The notes under the pieces are model-generated. The model saw nothing but the letters and a program-made list of their open reading frames with translations. It ran no database searches and was not told the DNA's origin. 64,000 nucleotides of DNA from Minisyncoccia bacterium (GTDB taxonomy: Bacteria > Patescibacteriota > Minisyncoccia > Phycocordibacterales > Zambryskibacteraceae): NCBI GenBank assembly GCA_041742965.1, contig JBGTNQ010000012.1, positions 1,379-65,378 of the forward strand, read 5' to 3'. How positions within the stretch are numbered: the first letter of the stretch is position 1; each line of letters starts with the position of its first letter. Position numbers and translations under genes: made by a program. Shown here piece by piece: positions 56,642 to 64,000 of this stretch.

Positions 56642-57052
56642 ATGCGTATCAGTTCTAGAAAAACTATTGACCTGTATCAGAGAGATTTGGTATTCATGCT
56701 TCTTCTCAACCTTGAAGAAGCCGGGATGTTACCAATAAGCTTGGAAGATCTTCACTTGAGAGTCTTCCCTGTCTTCATTGGCAACATTGAAGCTCAAAGG
56801 GGAGTGACCACCATGTTCTTCCGAGACCACTCCTTTAGCCATTTCAGAGACCTCGACCAGATCCTGTTTGGATACAATGGTGGGGGATTTCTAAAAGTCG
56901 AGAAAGGGAGGGTGCTCTACACGATGCACCCAACTCGACTGAGAGAATTTGTTTCTAGATCGATTGGAGATGGCTACACCGTGGAAGACCTCTCCGCCGC
57001 AACTGCCTGTGCGTGTTTCTACGCAGAAATGACCAGAGAGGTGGCCGCATGA
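56642..57052 (+). CDS. Hypothetical protein (orphan)
   Basis: SD GAGGT upstream; flanked by hairpins at 56542..56581 and 57065..57096. Confidence 0.6.
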   Translation: MRISSRKTIDLYQRDLVFMLLLNLEEAGMLPISLEDLHLRVFPVFIGNIEAQRGVTTMFFRDHSFSHFRDLDQILFGYNGGGFLKVEKGRVLYTMHPTRLREFVSRSIGDGYTVEDLSAATACACFYAEMTREVAA

Positions 57053-57111
57053 AGATGTGAAAGAAAAAGGCGACCCGCACCCGCGAGCCGCCTTTTCCCA
57101 TCATAATAAAT

Positions 57112-57696
57112 TTAATTAAACTGACTCATTGCAGTCTCACGCCCTTCGCTAACAATTGTTTCTATCGCTTGAGACACAGTCTTAGATATTTTTTTCATCA
57201 CATCCATTTCCTTTGATGAGAAAGCTCCGAGAATATGCTTCTCTACTTCCCTCTCACCTTTTGGTTTTTTTACCTTTCCGCTTGGGGTGGATTTACTAAT
57301 ACCTACACGGATACGGACAAAGGCTTCAGTTTTAAGAGCCCGAATAATTGATTCAATCCCACGATGTCCACCAGAGCCACGATTGAAAGATATTTTTATA
57401 TTTCCTAAACCTAAATCTAAATCGTCATAAACAACTATAAGTTGTTCGGCCTTTTTAACACTAGTTACAGCCGTGGCTACACTAGCCCCAGATTTATTCA
57501 TAAAAGTTTCAGGGAAAAGTACCAGAACCTTTTCTTTTCCAATTTTTCCTTCTGAAACTAGGGCCTTATATTTTTTTGAAGACTCTAATTCATCACAAAA
57601 ATCCTTTAAAAATTTTCTTAATACGATTCTGCCCGTATTGTGACGAGTATTTTCGTATTCTCCACCAGGGTTTCCTAAACCGACGATTGTATACAT
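57112..57696 (-). CDS. pth: Peptidyl-tRNA hydrolase
   Basis: IVGLGNPG..Y.NTRHN.G, PETFMN.SG, DDLDL, GGH.G. Confidence 0.95.
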   Translation of the reverse strand: MYTIVGLGNPGGEYENTRHNTGRIVLRKFLKDFCDELESSKKYKALVSEGKIGKEKVLVLFPETFMNKSGASVATAVTSVKKAEQLIVVYDDLDLGLGNIKISFNRGSGGHRGIESIIRALKTEAFVRIRVGISKSTPSGKVKKPKGEREVEKHILGAFSSKEMDVMKKISKTVSQAIETIVSEGRETAMSQFN

Positions 57697-57813
57697 GACT
57701 CAAGTGTATCAAATGTGAATATCACAATCTACTTTTTTCACAAGAACCCACAAAAAGTATTGCTGTCAAATGCTCTTTTGTAATACAATGCAACAAAATA
57801 AATTTCTCTACCT

Positions 57814-58419
57814 ATGTTAGAACAAGACACCATCAATCCACCAGAAAATCCGACACCAGAAAAAAAAGAAAAAGGATTTTTTAGAGAACTGATAGAATTT
57901 GCTCTTATCGCCATACTCGTAGTTGTGCCGTTTCGAATGTTCATCGCCCAGCCATACATAGTAAACGGCGCCTCAATGAACCCCACATTTAAAGGGGGCG
58001 AATACCTTATTGTTGACCAAATCACCTATCGCTTTGAGGAACCCAAGCGCGGTTCTGTCATTATATTTAAATATCCAAAAGACCCAGATTGGTACTTTAT
58101 TAAAAGAGTTATAGGGCTACCCAGCGAAACCATAAAAATAGAGAGTGGGAAGGTCAAAATAATAAACGAAGAAAACCCTGAAGGATTTGCTCTCTCGGAA
58201 GATTACATAGAGTTTGAAAAAAATGAAAATTTTTCAATAACACTTGAGGGAGATGAGTATTTCGTCATGGGTGACAACAGGCTCGGTAGTGCAGACTCTC
58301 GCATATGGGGGCCTCTGCCAAAAGAGAACATTGTCGGTAGACCGGTCGCTCGTCTTTTTCCCTTGAACAAAATTAGTTTTTTCCCAGGAAACCATACTGA
58401 GGACATCTCAGAAGACTAA
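57814..58419 (+). CDS. lepB: Signal peptidase I
   Basis: GASM.PT, IKRVIGLP, GDNR..S.DSR.WG. Confidence 0.94.
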   Translation: MLEQDTINPPENPTPEKKEKGFFRELIEFALIAILVVVPFRMFIAQPYIVNGASMNPTFKGGEYLIVDQITYRFEEPKRGSVIIFKYPKDPDWYFIKRVIGLPSETIKIESGKVKIINEENPEGFALSEDYIEFEKNENFSITLEGDEYFVMGDNRLGSADSRIWGPLPKENIVGRPVARLFPLNKISFFPGNHTEDISED

Positions 58420-58421
58420 TC

Positions 58422-59639
58422 ATGCCAATCAAAAACTCGTCTTCAAAAAAAGACAACAGAGAAGCTTCTCATATTTTAAAAGAATTTGAAAAACCTTTTG
58501 AGACGGCTCTTTATTTTGGATTTACACCCATAAAGACGCCGGAAGTAAGCAGAGAAGACAATCAAAAACTTAAGTCTCTCAAAGATCCACACTACGATTC
58601 AAAATTAATCCAGGAAGAATTCCCATTTGTTTTCAATGCCTTAGAAAAAATTTCCATATTGCGCACATTTGAAGATTGGGGCTTTTCCAAGGGCCCTCAA
58701 CCCACCCTATTGGCATATAAAAAACCAATCATAGGCACACACAAAAAAAAGCCAGCAAATCTAGTTTTAGGCCTTGAGGTAATTGACCTACATGGAAGTT
58801 GCGCTGAAGCTATTCTACTTAGAACCACACTATCAATACTTAGGGACGAGGGTTTCAATGATGTGACCGTGCATATAAACAGCATTGGTGACAAAGACTC
58901 TGTATCAGAATTTGAAAAAACGGTATCCGGATTTGTCAGAAAGCATATGAATGGCTTCCCTGCTGATATAAGAAAAATGGCAAAAAAGGATATCTTTGAT
59001 ATTTTGAGAAGTAGTGATGAAAAACATCTATCTATTCAAGAGCAAGCCCCCAAATCTCTAAGTTTCCTTTCAGAACCATCGAGAAATCAGTGCCAAGAAG
59101 TTTTAGAGTATTTAGAAGCATTTGATGTTCCATATCAAATATCACCGAGACTCATTGGGGCTCCCACTTTTTGTTCACACACTGTCTTTGAAATACGAAA
59201 CAACGATGGAACAAACAAAAACATACTAGCTCAAGGATATGGATATTCTCGGCTCGCTAAAAAAATAGGTTTCAAAAAAGACCTATCGGCTTGTGGGGCT
59301 ACTATAGTCTGCAAGAAAAAAGGTGGGAAAAGTCGTGCTAAGACAGTAGCGCTGAAACCTAAAATATATTTGATACAACTTGGATTCGGAGCAAAATTAT
59401 TTTCACTTCCTTTGTTAGAAAATCTGAGAAAAGCACGCATTCATGTAGCTCACTCTCTATCAAAAGATAAACTAGGAAGTCAGCTTGCCTCTGCAGAAAA
59501 TATGAAGGTGTCTTCTGTACTAATCGTTGGACAAAAAGAAGCCCTAGACAAGACTGTTACTGTGAGAGATATGAATACCAGGGCCCAAGAAACAGTCCCA
59601 GCAGATGAACTAGTGGAGTATTTGAGGAAGTTGAAGTAG
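58422..59639 (+). CDS. Histidyl-tRNA synthetase-like paralog with degenerate catalytic motifs
   Basis: YFGF..I.TP, INSIGD, TVFE and a C-terminal HGTP anticodon-binding domain are retained; class II motifs 2 and 3 not recognisable. Confidence 0.7.
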   Translation: MPIKNSSSKKDNREASHILKEFEKPFETALYFGFTPIKTPEVSREDNQKLKSLKDPHYDSKLIQEEFPFVFNALEKISILRTFEDWGFSKGPQPTLLAYKKPIIGTHKKKPANLVLGLEVIDLHGSCAEAILLRTTLSILRDEGFNDVTVHINSIGDKDSVSEFEKTVSGFVRKHMNGFPADIRKMAKKDIFDILRSSDEKHLSIQEQAPKSLSFLSEPSRNQCQEVLEYLEAFDVPYQISPRLIGAPTFCSHTVFEIRNNDGTNKNILAQGYGYSRLAKKIGFKKDLSACGATIVCKKKGGKSRAKTVALKPKIYLIQLGFGAKLFSLPLLENLRKARIHVAHSLSKDKLGSQLASAENMKVSSVLIVGQKEALDKTVTVRDMNTRAQETVPADELVEYLRKLK

Positions 59640-59674
59640 ACAGTAATAAAATACATAGGCTTAGCCTATGTATC

Positions 59675-59699
59675 CACTTGGAAACTCGGTTTCCAAGTG
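59675..59699. repeat. Palindromic REP-like repeat copy 2
   Basis: CACTTGGAAACTCGGTTTCCAAGTG. Confidence 0.8.
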
Positions 59700-59801
59700 G
59701 GGGATTTTCATGATTCATCATTCGTCATTCAATATTCGCCATTCGGCCTATGCCGAATGGCTCTTTACATCCATCCCTTCCCCTGCTAATATTAGCCACC
59801 T

Positions 59802-60056
59802 ATGATAAATGTTCAGGTAGAAAGAAATCAAAACGAGAGCGGTCTATCACTTTTAAGACGCTTCACCAAACGAGTACAGGGCTCGGGCATTCTTCCTCGT
59901 GTAAGAAGCATACGCTATGCAAGTAGAAATATTTCTGAGACAGTAAAGCAGAAAAAAACTTTGAAAAAACTCCGACAAAAGGCCTATATCTTGGAGCAGA
60001 TAAAGCTCGGCAAAATAACAGAAAATGAAAGAAAAGGCAAAAGGGGAAGAAAGTAA
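59802..60056 (+). CDS. rpsU: 30S ribosomal protein S21-like
   Basis: V.V...NES...LLRRFTKRVQ.SG; small and basic. Confidence 0.7.
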   Translation: MINVQVERNQNESGLSLLRRFTKRVQGSGILPRVRSIRYASRNISETVKQKKTLKKLRQKAYILEQIKLGKITENERKGKRGRK

Positions 60057-60435
60057 TCTTTACTTTTCAATAACGAACAAAACAAAAGGCAAGCCACCGC
60101 GCTTGCCTTTTGTTGATATAAAAAACCATATACTAGGAGAAAAATATGAGCTATCACTAGTATTCATCGGTGAAAAAAAATCTTCAAATCTAAATCGTAT
60201 TTATAGGGGGAAAAACAAAACAGCAAATGTTCTATCTTTTCCACTTTCAAAAAGAGAGGGGGAAATTTTTATTTGTCTAGAAAAGGCCAAGAGAGAAGCG
60301 CCGAACTTCGAAGAATCATTTACAAATTTTGTGGGTTTTCTCTTTATCCACGGACTTCTTCATTTGAAAGGAATGCAACACGGTAGTAGAATGGAGAAGC
60401 GAGAAAAAATATTGAGAAAAAGATTCAATCTCTAA
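60025..60435 (+). CDS. ybeY: rRNA maturation endoribonuclease YbeY
   Basis: LN..YRGK...ANVLSF, GEIFI, HGLLHL.G..H. Confidence 0.9.
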   Translation: MKEKAKGEESNLYFSITNKTKGKPPRLPFVDIKNHILGEKYELSLVFIGEKKSSNLNRIYRGKNKTANVLSFPLSKREGEIFICLEKAKREAPNFEESFTNFVGFLFIHGLLHLKGMQHGSRMEKREKILRKRFNL

Positions 60436-60535
60436 ATCATTTTTTAGATTATGAATCTGACAAATAAATTGGGGGGAGAGCTTTCCTCTTTGTCGTCCAT
60501 TAGTTCCCTCTTCGCTATTCTTCTTTTATTTACCC

Positions 60536-61729
60536 ATGTCCAGAAACATTTCAGTTGGCATTGATATAGGAACCTATCAAATTAAGGTTGTTGTTGCAGA
60601 ACAAAACCACGATGATGAGAGGGGTCAGCCCAAAATACTTGGTACTGGATTTGCAGAATCCAAAGGTCTTCGCCATGGATATATAGTCAATTCAAGCGAA
60701 GTAATAAAGGGCCTTAGGATGGCGGTCTCTCAAGCAGAAAAAGCCTCTGGAATAGGCATAAGGCGCGCTTATATATCAGTTGGCGGTATAGGACTTTCAA
60801 GTGTCATATCAACTGGCAGTACAGTTATATCTAGAGCTGATTCAGAAATAACAGAACTCGATATGCAAAAAGTGATGGAGCTGGCGCGTGAATCCATCCC
60901 TACTGCTCTGTCCCAAAACAGAAGAATTATCTACGAGATTCCAATAAAATACCGCGTAGACAGCAAAGAAGTTTTAGGCAATCACCCTTTGGGATTAAAG
61001 GGGATGAAGCTTGATGTAAAATCTCTTTTTATTACAAGTCTAGAACATCATTTAAAAGACCTGATAGATGCAGTAGAAGAAGCTGGGATTGAAGTCATAG
61101 ATGTGGTGGCATCTCCTATAGCGGCCAGCTTTGTAACACTGACGAAAGCTCAAAAAATAGCTGGGTGTGTTCTGGCAAATATAGGTTCTGAAACAATTTC
61201 TATAGTAGTTTTTGAAAATAATATCCCCATATCCCTTGAGGTTTTTCCTCTTGGTTCAAACGATATTACAAATGACATAGCTTTGGGTTTACGCATACCA
61301 CTTGAAGAGGCAGAAACCTTAAAACACGGCGGAATAACACACGCTTCATATCCCAAAAAGAAACTGGATGAAATCATAGGCGCAAGACTCTCAGATATGT
61401 TTGAACTGATTGATGCTCATCTTAAAAAAATTGGCCGAAATGGGCTTCTGCCTGCGGGAATAATCATCACCGGTGGTGGATCGTCTATTGGCACAATAGA
61501 AGACTTTGCAAAAGCATCTCTAAAACTTCCATCCAAAGTTGCTCATCTAAATTTTCCTGAGAAAGAGAAGGGAAAAGTCAAAGACGCTTTTTTTGCGGTA
61601 GCTTTAGGTCTCTGTATATTAGGATTAAGAGAGGAAGATGGAAGGGGTACAATAATCAGAAACCCAATAAATATACTGAAGACCATCGGAAATAAAGTGA
61701 AAGATATCTTGAGACCCTTCTTGCCTTAG
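60536..61729 (+). CDS. ftsA: Cell division protein FtsA
   Basis: GIDIGT..IKV, ITNDIA, AE.LK, ITGGG; directly upstream of ftsZ. Confidence 0.92.
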   Translation: MSRNISVGIDIGTYQIKVVVAEQNHDDERGQPKILGTGFAESKGLRHGYIVNSSEVIKGLRMAVSQAEKASGIGIRRAYISVGGIGLSSVISTGSTVISRADSEITELDMQKVMELARESIPTALSQNRRIIYEIPIKYRVDSKEVLGNHPLGLKGMKLDVKSLFITSLEHHLKDLIDAVEEAGIEVIDVVASPIAASFVTLTKAQKIAGCVLANIGSETISIVVFENNIPISLEVFPLGSNDITNDIALGLRIPLEEAETLKHGGITHASYPKKKLDEIIGARLSDMFELIDAHLKKIGRNGLLPAGIIITGGGSSIGTIEDFAKASLKLPSKVAHLNFPEKEKGKVKDAFFAVALGLCILGLREEDGRGTIIRNPINILKTIGNKVKDILRPFLP

Positions 61730-61904
61730 TACCCTATCCCCTATTTTTGAGTATTAAAAAGACACAAAATCCTTTTTTTGGCAAGGTTCTTTCTTTTTTT
61801 TATGGCTTTGCTATTATGGCTCTACTAAGTATTTGAGGGTTTAGGCCTTTAAAACGCCCTTAGACTTATTTTCCTTATTCAGCTTATTTACCCGAATAAA
61901 AATC

Positions 61905-63077
61905 ATGCCCCAAATCAAACCAGAAGTTGAAGCATTTGCTCGGATTAAAGTCCTTGGAATAGGCGGTTCGGGCAAGAATGTGATTAATCATATGATTAAT
62001 TCCAAGGTCCGTGGAGTTGACTTTATCTCCGTAAACACAGACGCTCAGGATCTACATCACTCTCTCGCCAAAAAGAAAATTCACATTGGTAAGAACCTAA
62101 CTCGTGGACTCGGTACTGGTATGAATCCAGAGCTCGGAAAACGGGCCGCAGAAGAGACAAAGGAAGAAATACAGGAATCTATAAAGGGGGCTGACATGGT
62201 CTTCATCGCTTGCGGTATGGGAGGTGGTACTGGAACAGGTGCTGCTCCTGCTGTGGCTCGAACAGCCAAAGAAGCGGGGTGTCTCACAGTAGCTGTAGTG
62301 ACAAAGCCATTCTTCTTTGAAGGTCTGCAGAGAATGCGTATTGCTGAACAAGGTATTGAAGAACTCAAGCAGTCAGTTGACGCTATTATCATCATTCCAA
62401 ACGACAGACTTCTCTCAACTATAGACAAGGACACTACTGCCAAAAACGCCTTCGCAATGTGTGACGATATACTCCGTCGAGCGGTGGAAGGTATTTCTGA
62501 CCTTGTCACAACCCCGGGCCTCATCAATATTGACTTTGCAGATATACGCGCAGTTATGGAAAATGCCGGCGCTGCGCTTATGGGTATAGGATACGCCTCT
62601 GGTGAAAAAAGAGCTGAAGAAGCGGCCCGCACGGCTATCAATTCCCCACTTCTTGAAGTTTCAATATCTGGAGCAAAGGGTGTTCTATTCTCCATTGCTG
62701 GGGGCGACGATCTCACTATGTTTGAAATCCAAGACGCAGCCAAGGTTATCACCGAATCTGTAGATCCAAATGCAAAAATTATATTCGGAACTGTTAGAGA
62801 CGAAAAACTCAAGAAAGGAGAGATTAAAATCACCGTTATCGCCTCTGGTTTTCCAGAAAATATGGTTAAGAAAACTCTCTTCCAGCAAGACAGTGAGGGA
62901 GAAGAAAAGAAGGGTAAAATCTATAACAGCATTCCAGTATTTGGTAGTGCTAAAGAACCTAAAACTGAAGAAAAGAAACCCGAACCACAGCCAACACCCG
63001 CTCCAACAACAGAAGAAAATGATGAGGATGATTGGGGTGCAGTACCAGCATTTCTCCGCCGTTCAAAGTTAAAATAG
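61905..63077 (+). CDS. ftsZ: Cell division protein FtsZ
   Basis: NTDAQ, GMGGGTGTG, INIDFAD, C-terminal VPAFLRR. Confidence 0.97.
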   Translation: MPQIKPEVEAFARIKVLGIGGSGKNVINHMINSKVRGVDFISVNTDAQDLHHSLAKKKIHIGKNLTRGLGTGMNPELGKRAAEETKEEIQESIKGADMVFIACGMGGGTGTGAAPAVARTAKEAGCLTVAVVTKPFFFEGLQRMRIAEQGIEELKQSVDAIIIIPNDRLLSTIDKDTTAKNAFAMCDDILRRAVEGISDLVTTPGLINIDFADIRAVMENAGAALMGIGYASGEKRAEEAARTAINSPLLEVSISGAKGVLFSIAGGDDLTMFEIQDAAKVITESVDPNAKIIFGTVRDEKLKKGEIKITVIASGFPENMVKKTLFQQDSEGEEKKGKIYNSIPVFGSAKEPKTEEKKPEPQPTPAPTTEENDEDDWGAVPAFLRRSKLK

Positions 63078-63084
63078 AACCATC

Positions 63085-63111
63085 AAAAATCCGCCCTAGG
63101 GCGGATTTTTT
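63085..63111 (+). terminator. ftsZ terminator
   Basis: AAAAATCCGCCC-TA-GGGCGGATTTTTT. Confidence 0.75.
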
Positions 63112-63231
63112 GTTACATAGAGCTATGTTGCACATTTAATTATTCTTTGACTTATAAATTATAGGTGACAAAATTAAAGCAGAGGTGACAATGAGTCTTT
63201 GCTACACCATAAACCCAGACAAGGAGTCATT

Positions 63232-63402
63232 ATGTACTACTTGGAAAGGATGAGGAGTAGGCTCGTCGGTTCACTTGATGCATTCATTGGTGCCATGTTC
63301 GGAGCAGGCTTGGTGTTCGCTCCACATCTCACCATCATCGCCATCCTTATCGGAGCAGTCGCAATTGTTGCAATAAGGATGCGTGGTCAGACGATCACCT
63401 GA
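63232..63402 (+). CDS. Small 2-TM hypothetical protein (orphan)
   Basis: SD AAGGAG; hairpin at 63402..63436 immediately after the stop. Confidence 0.55.
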   Translation: MYYLERMRSRLVGSLDAFIGAMFGAGLVFAPHLTIIAILIGAVAIVAIRMRGQTIT

Positions 63403-63479
63403 CCCCCACGAACCCCCACACGAGGTTCGTGGGGGTTTCGCTTTTAAAAAGCCACACATAGGGACTAACCTATGTACCT

Positions 63480-63504
63480 CACTTGGAAACTCGGTTTCCA
63501 AGTG
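63480..63504. repeat. Palindromic REP-like repeat copy 3
   Basis: CACTTGGAAACTCGGTTTCCAAGTG. Confidence 0.8.
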
Positions 63505-63660
63505 ACTCGATTTTCATTCCTTATCCTCCCCTCCTAAAAGCTAGGAGCTCTACGCTATAAACTACCTATATTCCTCATTCTTCCTCGCCATCTTTATTAT
63601 TTTTCCCATTTCTGATATCCTATCTTTTACTTGTCATTCTTTATTCATCATTCTTTATCT

Positions 63661-64000
63661 ATGTACGACTTAGCTATTTTAGGAGGAGGACCGGCTGGAG
63701 TATCTGCTGGAGTATACGCGGCCAGAAAACAACTAAAAACAATATTTATAACTGAAAGCTGGGGAGGACAAAGTATTGAATCCGCCGGTATAGAAAACTG
63801 GATTGGAACAATCAATATCCCAGGGCCCCAACTCGCAGAAGACCTCAAAAAACACCTCCTCGCCTACGCTGGAGATATTGTGACAGTAAAGGAAGGCGAA
63901 AGAGCAGAATCAGTCTCAAAAAAAGATGGGGGATTTGTAATAAAGACGAATAGTGGCGAATACGAAACAAAAACAATTTTAGTCGCCACGGGAAGCTCAA
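63661..64000 (+). CDS. trxB: Thioredoxin reductase-like FAD oxidoreductase, partial (runs off window)
   Basis: Manual translation MYDLAILGGGPAGVSAGVYAARKQLKT...GGQ...IENW.G...ILVATGS. Confidence 0.8.
   Translation, partial: MYDLAILGGGPAGVSAGVYAARKQLKTIFITESWGGQSIESAGIENWIGTINIPGPQLAEDLKKHLLAYAGDIVTVKEGERAESVSKKDGGFVIKTNSGEYETKTILVATGSS

Noticed and set aside
62081-62833. 250-aa antisense ORF inside ftsZ, and similar shadows in topA, miaA, clpB and copA
   Set aside because: Antisense shadows of conserved genes, without start signals or recognisable motifs.
1-64000. Alternative genetic code (TGA recoded as Gly or Trp)
   Set aside because: Conserved genes are full length under code 11 and some end in TGA, so there is no evidence of recoding.

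Overview
A 64-kb chromosomal segment of a low-GC bacterium using genetic code 11. By inference it is a Patescibacteria/CPR (Parcubacteria-like) genome, based on leaderless-type housekeeping genes, a short IF-2, a tandem array of VirB2/TrbC-type pilins and a membrane-anchored Clp ATPase. It carries housekeeping genes (dnaX, serS, dprA, topA, parB, miaA, alr, rpmG, clpB, infB, rbfA, gyrA, rpsA, pth, lepB, rpsU, ybeY, ftsA, ftsZ, trxB), 8 tRNAs, a CsoR-controlled copper cluster, metK with a SAM riboswitch, and an ECF sigma/class F sortase locus. The most striking unexplained signal is a non-coding element found 7 times, after 6 of the 8 tRNAs and after topA. Each copy has an inverted copy of its own target, then a covarying two-hairpin core, then a direct duplicate of the target that starts at a fixed junction (GTGAC|C). 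Other signals are MITE/REP-like inserts inside coding genes, direct-repeat-bounded cassettes around arsR/metK, about nine self-contained GC-richer orphan genes with their own promoter, SD and usually a terminator, a candidate ECF promoter motif, and several catalytically degenerate enzyme paralogs. All calls come from manual reading; no database searches were run.
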